A stretch of DNA of 64,000 nucleotides, from the NCBI GenBank assembly GCA_009103225.1, contig RHPI01003389.1, forward strand, positions 601,162 to 665,161. Reading direction: 5' to 3'. Under the pieces are notes generated by a model that made no database searches, was not told the DNA's origin, and saw only the letters and a list, made by a program, of their open reading frames with translations. Source of the DNA: Chlorokybus atmophyticus (Eukaryota > Plantae > Mesostigma and Chlorokybus algae). Of this stretch, positions 11,784-24,315 are shown in pieces (position 1 is the stretch's first letter; each line of letters begins with the position of its first letter). The translations under genes were made by a program, and so were the position numbers.

Positions 11784-12118
11784 CAAAGTATACATAGTAA
11801 TAAACCGACATACTGCCGATACAAAACTTGCAACGTGTTGTACATGTGTGTAGTGCATGATGATCTTGTATGTAATGAACAAAATAATCTCCTTATACAA
11901 ACACAAGAAGGCAAAATACCAGGATAAATGCATACAAATTTATGTAAATAACAAAGTATACATAGTAATAAACCGACATACTGCCGATACAAAACTTGCA
12001 ACGTGTTGTACATGTGTGTAGTGCATGATGATCTTGTATGTAATGAACAAAATAATCTCCTTATACAAACACAAGAAGGCAAAATACCAGGATAAATGCA
12101 TACAAATTTATGTAAATA
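11781..12118 (+). repeat. 168-bp exact tandem duplication
   Basis: Unit starting TAACAAAGTATACATAG at 11781 and again at 11949. Confidence 0.95.
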
Positions 12119-12989
12119 AATCTCTTTATAAATATTAACATATACACACATAGATAGATCAAGACCATATTTTAAATAAAGATCATACCTATCTGCCTAT
12201 CTATATATAAATATATAAATAGATAGATAAAGACCATATATATACATACATACATATATATATATATATATGCATCGCTCTTATATACATTTATATGTTT
12301 GTAAATGTATGTATTTACAATATATATAGCGCTTATTTAATATAGATATACCAGGTACATGGCTGTATATGTATTTTTTTAAGTTGTACATACACCCTTA
12401 GAAGTATATATGCTCCATCAAACCGACGTCGCACCACCACCGCACCTCAACGGCACCACCGTCGCACCTTTATCGTACTTCCATCGCACCGTCATCGCAC
12501 CGAGATTGCACACCGCCGTCGCACTGCAATAGCCTTCACGTCGCAACAATTGCGACATTATTTACATAGGTTACTTTGAACGATAAACCAATGAACTACG
12601 TGAAACATATGTATGTATTAGAACATAAATTTATGAAAACATTCAGAGTTGATTATGTTAATATTTTGGCTTGTAAAAGAGCAGCATTGCAAAATGACCC
12701 AATCATAAGAGAAAATAAGCTCAATGCCCATACAATAGGTTGATTCATAACATCATATACAATACTTATTTCAAGAAATGAATTGACATGTAGCATGACA
12801 GGCACCACTAGCAACAAGCTACAGCTAAAACAAAAACAAAGTGACAACACCTAACAAATCCACACCACGTAAATTACCGTATCAACTTCACCATCATATG
12901 TAACAAGATACGCTTGATCTGCAGAAACAACATGACAAAATAGGCAAGCAATAGAATAGCAACCTTTTTATTTACAAACAATCAACAAC

Positions 12990-15150
12990 ACTCGCCAAAA
13001 TACCTCAAGTTTGTATTTTTTATGGCCTTGCGGTAAGGCACGTAGCTCGTGTGTCAACTTCAAACATTGCTCAGCACTCACCGGAGCAACAAAATCTATG
13101 GCCATCTTGATACAAGGCTGTTAAGAAATATACTAGTAAACAATGAAATAATGGCCAATAATGCAACACAACGCTCATTAACCTTGAGGTTTCGCACTTG
13201 ATGCGGACACCCAACAGGTATGAAGACAGCATCTCCCTCGTATTGGATAATTCGCCAAGGCACAACACCTTCAATTAATTAGCTTAACTATTGCACAGAC
13301 ACCAAGTAATACATGACTTACCATGCTGTTGTCAAAGATTTTGCATGTGTTCCACTTTTAAGTAGATCCTTTCATCGTAAAAAGATTAACCACCTAATAG
13401 ATTAACGAACAAATTACACGCAATGCAAATCGCTGCTACACCAATTACATGAGTTCAATGATCAAATAAACAAGCATGATTCATGGGTGGTGGTGCTGAG
13501 GTCTCACCACTACACAATGCTACACACCTTCTCATAGAGCCATTCCATTACATTACATTGGTCCTGGAACTTGTGCAAGTTGTCCATCACGTAAGAATGC
13601 AACTTGTTCATGTCCTCTCCTTGAAAATGTCCCACGCAGCTCCTCCAATATCCACCTAACCAAGTAGCGCACTCAGGTGGAAACAAGCACGTGCAAACTC
13701 ACATCACCATAACCACATACCTGATATTGCATTTTTTGTTTCCTCAACAATTGGGTAGGTGCTTTTGCAGTCTAGCCATAAGGATCGCAGGTAGACGATA
13801 AACATTCACCTGAACATAATTCTTTGCTTGCACGCAATACAAAGAACATATACCAATCAAGCTATACACTTACTGCATTAAACAAATCCATATAAAGATG
13901 AGTGACTGAATTGGCTAAGTCCAACTCTTCTGCACACCCCCGTAAGCGATATAAAAATTCGTGTCCAGGTTAGCAGGTATTTGATCCTGAAAGCAATAAC
14001 ATCCGTTCAAGCAACATTGACACATGTCAATAAACTTCAAGAACATAGCAAAGGCAAATTGTTTGCTATATTGTCATTGCCCTGGTTGGGGTGGGTGTAC
14101 TCGTTGAAAGGCAACATCTGGATAAAATCCTTGATATGCTCTTGCAACATCCTTGAAGCAAGCCTGTAGCAATTACCAGCAACACACATGCATTCTTATT
14201 AACACACGTGTTTACAACATATACAATATCCCAATATAATGCACATGCAATCATCACACCACATTACCTTTGTGGGCCAGTCTTTCATTTTATGGAACGT
14301 GCGAACGCTGCCGTCATCCTTCCACCACCCGCCACAAAAAAACCACGAAAGAATTTAAAAGCTGTCACATGCATCAGAACATGACACATACACATGTACT
14401 GCAATGCTACATGGCTACACATATCACCACACATGCCAACACACATATACCTCACAAAAACCATCACAATCCAAGATTATGAGTTTAGGGGAAGTGCGAC
14501 CAATCTCGCGACTCAGGCTACTGGCAATCCACTTCTCGTTGTCCACCACAATATTCTTAACCACAACAGGTTCACCTCGTCGCCAAAGGAACTGGAAGTT
14601 TTCTTAACCCTATTTATCTACATACACTGTTTAGAACATGGCCAACACCATCATGTGGAATTACACAACTCACTTTTATTGCTTCAAAGTGGGTTGCCAG
14701 ACTTCGTATTCCCATGGATGGCATAAGTAGACCATAAATGCACTACACATGGAACACCCGCTAACAACACATTGACACACAAAAAGCACTTCACAACGCT
14801 TAAACAATGCTTCATAGTAACTGCAGCATGGTTGAAGGTCTAATACACAATAACACCCCTGCACATGCCCACGAAATGTCACCGATAATGGCCACAAGAC
14901 ACATGTATTAGCATCAACAACACATGATATACTTGTATGCACAGCGAAACACCCGGCCCTCCCATTCTTGAGTACACAAGCTGCAAGGCTACATTGCACA
15001 CGCGCGATACTGTTATCAACAATAAATACCATGACACGACATGAACAACCTTAAGCACACCAATTCTCCTGCTCATTAATACTACCAAAGGCCGTAGGTG
15101 CAAATTAATTTGATCAATGACACTGGTCCGGTAAGTTGGGCCCAATATCA
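12990..15150 (-). pseudogene. KDM3/JMJD1 (IBM1/JMJ25-29-like) JmjC histone demethylase pseudogene, multi-exon
   Basis: Exon translations, in gene order: FQFLWRRGEPVVVKNIV (~14590), KMKDWP (~14285), LPFNEYTHP..NIANNLP (~14100), FYIAYG..EELDLANSVTHLYMD (~13920), GGAAWDIF (~13630), [27 protein letters not shown] (~13220), [24 protein letters not shown] (~13070). GT-AG boundaries, frameshifts. The 5' Cys-rich part is weak. Confidence 0.88.
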
Positions 15151-17377
15151 TATGATTGGTCCACCGAAATATATGAAAGCAAGGCTAATATATGCGGTGT
15201 TTTAATACATGCTTGGGTTACCGTAAGTAGGGTATTATTGTTTACTGTGCTGCATGTTAGGTGTTGTGCGCTGTCAGCTCGCTGCGTCTTATTGCTGTGT
15301 ATTGGTAGCCCTGCTTTTTAGTGACCTTCGCTCATTACATGGCGCCTTCCCGAGACAAGCAGCATGCTGTGCGCTGTGCAGCAATTATGGCGAAAAGCAA
15401 TTTTGAACTAGGGTTCCTCAAAACCGAACCATGCCTGGTACGATCGGCCGCGCCAAGGAGGCCGTGCCGGAGCCCTGGTCCGAGAGTGTTCGCGCCAAGC
15501 ATGGCGGATGTACGCCCGCACCATGGTGTATTCCTGGTGCGGCCGGTCACACTAGGTTACAGGCCTGGTGCGACTGGGCGCCAACGGCCTATAAGCCGTG
15601 CAATTACGGCGCACAATCAATCAAAATAAAAATGATGTATGCCTGTTTGCTGCAGTACATATCGTACCTTTATAAGGTACAAGCTGCGCATGGTGTACGC
15701 TTAGTTCACGTACACCGGCGGTCGCAACTGGTTAAGGGTGTGGTTAATATATATACTCAGTTATTCAATTAACTGGTTACCAACGGGTCGCACCTTGCTA
15801 CGCGGCCAAAGGTGCGACCGGATGGTAGCTACTGGTCGCTCCTTTTGCTGCGCAGGAGGTGCGACCGGTCGCACCTTTTGCTTGCTGTGCAGCAAAATAT
15901 CGTATCAGTCGACTTTGCCGCAAAAGTAATCGATATGATTGTTTCATTCATGTGTATTTGAATCGTATTGTTTCAACGGAAGTTGTATTGCTGCGAGAAT
16001 GGCACATGTTTACTGATTACTAGCCGCGGATACACTTAGCATGTAGGCGCGTGGCGTGGTTGGAAGAACGGTACAGTTACATTCTTAACACGGGTTCGAA
16101 ACTCACTGTAGCATACACACAAGTGGTGCATCAACCAAATCAAGATTTGAACTTGATTGAGCTAATCACACAATTAGACATTTTCTTGGTCACATGCCAA
16201 CCGGTGGTTCGGTTCGGTGGTGCTTACCTTGATACTTCGTACCTCGTACACTATATTGTCTAGATGCCGCATACCCTGGTGCGGAGATATGTGCACCAGC
16301 GGTGACATTCGAGGAAATCGGGATCATGGTTGGATTTTGCGTTTAAGTGCTGGGTTTCGACCCTGATTTGCGGCTTCTACCGCCCGCTATTGCCCTCTGG
16401 TGCGGACGTCCGCACCATACATGGTTGTATACAGTTTTTCGCGGTGAATTGTGCAAGCGTTTGCGTCCGACTCTCACTACTGCTATTGCATGCTCTGCAT
16501 ACATTTTTAGCAGTCCACGGTGACCGTGTCGTCAACCGGAGTGATTGGTTGTGTCACACCTTGAGAGTAGTCTGCGGCATGGTGCACAGTTCAAGTCAGT
16601 GGTATGCTTTCTTGACCCATTTGCATATCATGTGTTGGCATTTATAAATATTTTTACCCCTTTTTGGTAAATGTGATATCATTTGGCTCATCGCGTCGGA
16701 TAAGCTTTCCTAACTTGCGCTCTGTTAGGAAAGCCTTCCTAACATGCGCATGTGGACAAAGCTCGTGTGACGCGCAGTGTGTTGAGAAAGCTTTCCTCAT
16801 AATCGACCAATGTTCGCGTCGCAAATTTTACACGGTGACTGACTAAGGACTGAGGGACTGACTGGTGCCTGAGCCTGCCTGAGCCTGCCTGTTGCTGCCT
16901 GAAATATTACTTTTGGACTGTTGGGTTTGCCGTTGGCTTAAGTGGACTGACGCAGACGGCCGTGGGCCGAAAGTGCTTGTCAGTGGCACTAACCGGCCGA
17001 GAGTTGTCAACCAGTTACCCTTTGGTCGATGTGCACAGACGGCCGTTAACCGGTAGTTACGGACAGCTGACAGCCATAGCCGGCAGTTTCTTTGCCGTTA
17101 CACTGCTGTTAATATGTGACCCTTGCCATTTGACAAAAGTTGGCAATTCTTGCCGTAAGCCAACACTAACATGCCATGCAGCTTGTACAAACCTTGGACT
17201 GATTGTTTGGTCTTGCACCTAAAAGCCCACAATATATACAATGTACGGGCAGTGGTGAGAGTATGTCCACTCACAAATGAGCAGCCGACTTGCGCATGAA
17301 ACTATCCTATAACATTGAGTCTAGCTGTCGGACTCATGCGCAGCTTGTCAACCCGTGGTGCCTGCCTAAGAACTCCT

Positions 17378-18253
17378 CCTCAAACCCCCTCCTCCTGTTC
17401 CTCCTCCGACGAGTCTTCTGCTTCAACGCCGGAGTCATCTTCATCCGCTGCCTCGCTCGCTGACAGTACAGCGGCTACTTCGTCCTTCAGCTTGAATGTC
17501 AGCGCCTCGCCGTGCACGCGCATGCGCTTGATGGTCGCTTTGAGAGTGACCACCTGCATTTGGTAATGCTGTAAGAGTGGCGTGCTGCCAGAGGACTAGC
17601 CCATCAGCATACACACGCTTACCTCGTCTTCCGCTTTGTTGCACTCCGCCAGGCAGACAGTCAGCCTGCCGCGCTGCTCTTGGTTCACTCTGACCAACAT
17701 GGCAATCTGCAAGCATACTGCTTAATTACCGCTGGAAACATTAAACTAGGTCATAGATTACCCGTTCGTTTGACTCCGCAGCTTCTCTTTTGCGACTTGT
17801 GAGCTCCCGCAAGTAGAAATAGGCTGTGCATTTGCGAGATTGGTCATGCTGTTCATGTGCATGACACTGGAGGTTGTGCATGAGGGTGTGCATGTCGTAT
17901 TGACAATGTATGTCAAGTGCAAGATACTTGAGGCTGTGCATGTGCAAGATAAAAGAACCCTAGCATGTGGCATTGACAGTGCATCGTAACCCACCTTGGT
18001 TATGCCAGTCTTGTTTGGTCCCTTCAATCATGTCGCCGTGGTCGCAGCTGCTGGTGGGTCGGATTTTCTTAGAGGCAGTATTGTGGTGTGCCTTTGCCCA
18101 CTCGGAGGGGGAGCCCTGTAAGATATCGCCCGAGTCACTGTTGTCATTGGATGTGCCCTTGGTAGTCTTGGTGGGGTTTGACACCGAGGACACCCCTCCG
18201 GCACCCTGCCCGCCCTGTGCGAACATGGAATTCATCCCGGACCTCGACCACAA
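17378..18253 (-). CDS. Unknown multi-exon protein with acidic C-terminal tail
   Basis: Last exon HYQMQVVTLKATIKRMRV...EDDSGVEAEDSSEEEQEEGV*, with GT-AG-bounded upstream exons. No recognisable domain. Confidence 0.4.
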
Positions 18254-18744
18254 TGCCCACTACGCCCCTGGCAGCGCCGCCAACGATCTTCCAAACGCCA
18301 CATACCCTCGGCATCACGCCCCTGTAAGGGCATAGCTTGGCGGAGCTATCAATGGTGTTTTCATGCGCAGGGGGACTGACATTGCCAGAGTTGTCAATGG
18401 TACGAACTGCCATTGCCATTGTACAAAGGTACCATTTCAATGGTACCTTTGTACAATGCCTATACCTTTTGGCAAAGGCATCTTCGTACCATTGAAACGG
18501 TTCAATCAGAATATATATGTATATAAAAATATCCAGAGACTCACCCTGGACGTGCAATGGCTCGATCGTACCATTATAATGGTACGACGGAGCCAGTGAC
18601 TGGCGGCCAAGTTTCCCGCCTCTGGCATGCAAGGGTAGCGGTAGCGGTGGCGGTGGCGGCGGCGGCGGCGGCGGCGGGTGTGCGTGTTGCTGGATATGAT
18701 GCAGGTTACATTGGCGACACCTGTGTCGACGTTAGTAGTGAGAT

Positions 18745-21700
18745 ATGGGAGTCCTTTGTCCGTATTGCCACATGCGCTTCGCCACACGCAGCTCGGTCTA
18801 CATGCACATTATTAGCAGCAGGGTGTGCAAGCAGATCAAGCTGTATGTCGGCCAGCGTCCATTACAGTACGATGCGGGTCATGTTGAACCGGGGAGTTCG
18901 ATCCAGGATGCTCACATGCTTGATGCTGAAGGATTCCTCCAGGAGACACACGCACAGCAGCAACAGGAGGAGGAGGAAGTGAACGAGGGCTTTCGATGTG
19001 TGCGTGTGCCTGAGAAACCTGTGGCACGCCAACATGGAAGTGGAGGCGTCCCTTCGCACGCGTCGGAATCCAGGTGGTATGGCTCGGAGCATGCTCTTGC
19101 AGTGGCATTCGTGCAGTGCAACAACGGCCAAGGCCTGTCGGCCTCCGACATGGGGCGGATCATCAAGTGCATCCGAAATGCACACTTCCTGACGGAAGAG
19201 CTCCAGTGGGAGACCGGTGTGCATGCGGCCAGCTACCTCCGGACCACGATTGCTTTCTCTCAGTCTGAGGTGTGTTCACGGTGTGCGGTGCATGTGCTTC
19301 AACCATCAGAGCCATGTCACATATGCACATGCGAGTGTGCTGCCGTATCAGAACTACGTGACGGCTGACCTGCGCAAGCCTGGAGACCCTGAGGATCAGG
19401 ACATCTGCGTCACATATATGCCGGCCAAGGTCTGTGAAATGCAGTACCTAATGCAGTATCGATGCAGTATCTATTCTGAGGCCAGCATAGTAAGTAATGC
19501 TCTTGGTCGGAGCAGGTATGGCTCGCGCGGTTGTATGGCAATCCACATGCCGCCAATGGCTTCAATCTCCAGTACACTAGTGACGAGCACAGCTTTGGCC
19601 ATCCTTCCACGGGCGATTGGTGGAAGGATGTGGAGGTGGATTTGAGGAGAGAGGTGGGGGAAGCGTCCTACTTGGCGCCTGCCATTCTGTACAGTGACAA
19701 GACCACGCTGGACAGCGCGGGCAAGCGCTCTGGCTACCCTCTGATGGCATCGCTTGCCAACTACAGTTGGGACATGTATGCTAGCAACATGGGGGTTGTT
19801 ATGATAGCGCTTCTGCCGGTGGTTCACGCAGTGGCCGGGCATCCCACCTGGGCGCAGGGCAAGGAATCGTTCTCCATTCGGAAACGTGAGATTTTTCATG
19901 ACGCTTTGAATGTAGTGTTAGGGGATGTGAAGCGGGCGAGTTGGGAAGGTCTGCAGCTCATCGACCCGAATGGCATCGAGCGTCGTGTGTTTCCCGCGCT
20001 TGCCAACTACATCAGCGATTTGCAGGTAGTGGGCATGAATGGTTGTAACCGGATGCAGCCTGCCAGCAAACAGTGCATGGAGGATGTTGTCAGTAGAACA
20101 TCTGAGTTTGTCGTGTTGTAGGAGACTGCCACACTCGCACGCACTGTGTCGGGCAACCAAACACGACATCCTTGCGATGTTTGTCTCGTCACCAAATCAG
20201 ATCTGTTGGAGATGGATGAGGACCGGGAATTGAGAACCGAGGCCTTCTACACACCAGCAATACGTCAGCTGCGGGCGGACCTGCATAGCGGTGTTAGGAA
20301 TGCACGCCAGACAGCCAAGGCTTTCAAAGAGCAGCACTCCATGCATGTCGAGGAGGTAATGGTCAAATTACCGGCATTCGTGAGGATGAATGGCTTTCCG
20401 TGAAACCAGGCAATGTGGTTTGGCAACAGAATGCACTGTGGGGTTGGCGACAGTCGCGGGTGCCGGGAGCTGACTGCTACTCTCGTCTTGCCCCTGACGC
20501 AATGCATGTGCTGGGAGGCATCATTGACCACCTGCTTGCTGCTGTGTACGACGCCGCGAAGGAACGAATGCGTCCATCCACGAGACAGATTCTGCAGGCC
20601 AGGCACGTCTTTGGTGTTGCTTTTGTGTTGAACACAAAAGCCAACAACACGTGCTCACGAGCAGATGTGCACAGGCTGAATGCATGCAAGGCGACTCTGC
20701 GGGTTTCGCACTTCAAGGCACCCACAAGCACAGTAGATTTCTTCCTGTCCGACCACTCCTTTCAGGTGGTGGAGAAAGTGGCGGTGCTGCAGCTGCTGCC
20801 GGTCCTCGCAGACGGTTTGCTGCTCGACAGTGAGGGCAACGATTTCTTCACCATTGCTGCCGCATCGCTTGCCCAGTGGAACAAGAAGTTGCTGAAGGCG
20901 CATGAACACACAAGAGAGACCCTGACCACAGCCGACAACGAGCTGGCTGCCTTCAAAGCTGCAGTGTTGCATCCGCTACTGTCGTCATATTCTGCACAGA
21001 AGTCAGGTTGGAAGATCGAGAAGATGCATCAGCTCACTCATTTTGGGCCGGCAATTGTCAGCAGTGGACACCCAGATTGGTTCAGCGCCAACCGCATGGA
21101 GCAGACGCACGCCCAAAATATCAAACGGTGGGCGCGTGGTGGCAACAACCGGGACTACCAGGCACGTATCCTGAAGGCATGGAGCTGTGCGGAATATGTG
21201 AGAAAGGATGGCATGGTCGTGGCTCCCGAGATGCGCTCGGTCATGGCGCAGGCGCGGCAGCAGTGCTGTAATGTCATGGAGAAGACGGACAAGTTGCTAC
21301 GGATGGATGTGCTGACAAGGAGGGAGTCCAGCCCGTACTGGAGCGGATCTGCGCGTAGCCGCCAGGTCGCCTTGAAGACTCCATTTGCCGACAAGCTGCC
21401 TGCCACCCTGGACAGCTGGTTGAGGAGGGAACAACAGGAGTTGGCCGACGGGTGGCGTGCTGTTCGCGTGGTGAACGGAGGCGCAGCGGTGTACATGACA
21501 TCAGGAGTCAGCATGGCGCGCGCAACTGGGATGTTCCATGGGCGGCCTTGGTTCTCTACACTTGAGTTGGAAGGTGATGAGGACGGTGTGAACGTGACTT
21601 GGTGGGCTCAGGCACTCCTTTTTGTGCGCGTGGTGGTGTGGGGTGGTAGCGGCGAGCGTGTGTGGAAGGAGGTCGTGTTTGTCCGCTGGTACACGAAGCT

Positions 21701-21887
21701 GGATGTGACGAGCGACACAAAGTGCATCGCTCTGGAATGGGAAAAGCGTCGAGGCGGTCCACATCTCGATGTCGTGACTCTGGAGCAAGTAAAAGGCATT
21801 GTCCAGCTGCTCCCCATGTTTGACAAGGACAGCGCCCGTGTACAAGAGGGCAAGTATTGGGTGAACGTTCACTGCACTTCCACGTGA
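18745..21887 (+). CDS. Plavaka transposase (CMC-related DDE) with N-terminal C2HC finger
   Basis: Exons ~18745-19269, 19351-19428, 19516-20026, 20122-20355, 20431-21887. Motifs HPSTGDWW, AILYSDKT, GYPLMASLAN, YISDLQ|E, HPCDVC, PDAMH, KMHQLTH, RMEQTH and FHGRPWFS. No premature stops seen. Confidence 0.9.
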
Positions 21888-22103
21888 CACATGTACTTGT
21901 CTCACTACTCTCAGTTTGGAGCATATCAGTCAGTTAGGCATTGCTGATCGTATGCTAAGACTTTTGCATGTGGACGTGTACAATACCGGGCAGCTGTCAC
22001 TGCACAACTGTCACCACAATCGAATGATCCATGCCGCATGTTGCGGCAACATTCAACAATCAGTCCGCCGTGTGGCATTAAGCATCAATACAGTGCACCA
22101 CAC

Positions 22104-23294
22104 TCAAGCCTCATAGTTCCATGACACAGGAGGGTAGTCACAGCGCATATCCATTGTTTCAAGCATGAGACGCCCTATGCACTCCGCCATTGCGGGAGGA
22201 ACTGCATTCGCTATGGAAACGGCCGAGGTCATCCATGGCACTCCCAGCGCTGTTTGCCACGCAGCAATGCCGCCCCTGGTGCTTGGAAGGCCATAGACCG
22301 GGTACATCTGCTGTGGCGCGTTTGATGTCACGATTGTCTTCTTCGCGCTAGCGGACAGGTGCGGCGATAGCAGTCCAACTGCCTTGCCCGCGTGCGAGCA
22401 GCATGCTGGTGGGGTAGCTACCACTGGCTGTGTCTCAAACAGACGGTGTCGGAGAGTTGATAGGCCAAACATCGTGCCACAAAGGGACAGAATGGGTCGG
22501 AATGAGGAAGCTGCTCCTGGCACATTCTCAATCACAAACTTGACCTGGCTTGCAAGCAGCAGACGTCGGACGAGCGGTATCATATCCTGGTGTCTCCAGG
22601 ATGTGCCATGTGCCGCCCGTTGAGGTGCCGGGATAGCACCTGAATAGGCCTGGCATGGTGGACTGGCCCAGATGAGCTCGTACTCGCTCAGCTCTCCTGC
22701 ACTCAGGGTGCATACATCGCGGTGTATGAAGGGCAGCGGGTACTCAGAGGAGGGACTTATGTCCATCCCGGTCACGTCAAAGCCTGCGTGGTATAGACCG
22801 ACACTGGCACCGCCACCGCCGCAGAATAGGTCGAGTGCCCTTGGTCTGCGTGTGCGTCCCAGCTTGTTGTCAAATGGCGTGTATGTGGTCAAGGCTGGCC
22901 GTGGTGCTGGCCAGGGACTAACAATGATGCCGTCCGGGCTTACTTTGCGACTGACGTTCTCCCCTCCGGCGCGCAGAACATGGCGTGCCCCGTCAACTGA
23001 TGTGTACGCGAATACGTTGTGCCCTTTGAAGTTGATGGTTTGTGGTCGATCACCGTCATCGAATACTATACGGTGCTGCCCTGCAAAGACATTTTCCATT
23101 GCACCATGCATATATGATGCGTCCTCAATCTCGCACGCCACGAAGCGATGCTGACCTGACGCTTGCTTGAATGATTCCACAACGCCCGCATACCATTCCC
23201 CATCCAGCGGCCAATGCACCATGACACTCACACCGATCAGCTGCTCGCATCCCAACTTAACTGCGTTCCGCAGCCGATGCAGTGCGCTGTCCAA
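22104..23294 (-). CDS. Tudor domain fused to a bacterial/phage-type C5 cytosine DNA methyltransferase
   Basis: After removing a 75-bp intron (23081-23155): LIGVSVMVHWPLDGEWYAGVVESFKQASGQHRIVFDDGD (Tudor). MTase motifs I DLFCGGGG, IV ASPPCQAYS, VI IENV, VIII RHRLF, X NAVPP. True start probably further upstream. Confidence 0.9.
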   Translation of the reverse strand: MDSALHRLRNAVKLGCEQLIGVSVMVHWPLDGEWYAGVVESFKQASGQHRFVACEIEDASYMHGAMENVFAGQHRIVFDDGDRPQTINFKGHNVFAYTSVDGARHVLRAGGENVSRKVSPDGIIVSPWPAPRPALTTYTPFDNKLGRTRRPRALDLFCGGGGASVGLYHAGFDVTGMDISPSSEYPLPFIHRDVCTLSAGELSEYELIWASPPCQAYSGAIPAPQRAAHGTSWRHQDMIPLVRRLLLASQVKFVIENVPGAASSFRPILSLCGTMFGLSTLRHRLFETQPVVATPPACCSHAGKAVGLLSPHLSASAKKTIVTSNAPQQMYPVYGLPSTRGGIAAWQTALGVPWMTSAVSIANAVPPAMAECIGRLMLETMDMRCDYPPVSWNYEA

Positions 23295-23419
23295 CGGTCG
23301 ATGGTCTGCCTCCTCTACAGTGGCCAGGGGATGGAACTGCCCACGCCCACACCGTGCAAGACTGCTCTGAATGTGACAACAGCTTCAACATGCATGAAAT
23401 AAGCATACGCCCAACATAA

Positions 23420-23832
23420 CATGCAGTGATACGTCGCGGTCCACTCTCGTGGATTACCTCCACAGCATCCACCACCTGTCCACTAACCACATGTCCCGGT
23501 GTTGTCCATGTGAAGAAGCGCATGGGTTCCCCTCGCCACTCGAAGCATGAGCGCGAGCACGATTCGCACACGCACTGCACGCAATGGAAAAACTCGGGTT
23601 CCTTGCACAGCACTTGGCCGAGGCGGCAGCCAAACACGTCGACATTGTGTGTGGTGTGATGCCAGCAAGCAGCACTAAAACCGTGGCACACTGTCTGCAC
23701 TCGCTGGCATTCGGTCAAGTGTGCTCGCATTTGCTGCCTACGGCCATTGGCACATACGTACGCATTGCATTGTGGGCACACCAAGCATGGTCTCCTAGGT
23801 GAGGGTGATTCAACTGCTGCCGCCGACATCAT
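23420..23832 (-). CDS. Cys/His-rich putative zinc-binding exon; possibly the 5' part of the methyltransferase gene
   Basis: CLVCPQC..RAHLTEC, C..FFHCVQCVC. Same strand, directly upstream of the Tudor-MTase. The splice junction could not be resolved. Confidence 0.5.
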
Positions 23833-24315
23833 GCAAAATAGGAATCGGCACGGCTGCCCACAAACTGAGCGAGACTTTAGGGTATGGGCATCAATTTAGG
23901 GTTGCCAGCTTACGAACCCTAAATGGGTCAAACTTCAAGTGAAGCACGACTGTACCTTATACGCTATTGCAGTACCATGCATGGTACTACATCAACATGA
24001 ATAGTACTCTATCTGTTAATGGTACTACAGTACAAGGATACTCGCATACTACCACGATTGTAGAGTAATACTGTGCTGTCATGCCATGGAACCCAGAGCG
24101 CTGTCCGAGTTTGTTGCTGTCAACCACGCTCTAAACCAGCGAGGTATGCAAGCCATGCACTGACTCATGCGCCGGGCAGTCATCATACACATGTACAGCC
24201 AATGCTTCTAACAACAGCAGATCTCTGGTGCACCATGCACCATGCTGCAACTATACATGTACCTACATGGTTCACAGGAAGCCAACACAAAACTACAATA
24301 CATGCACAATTGGCA

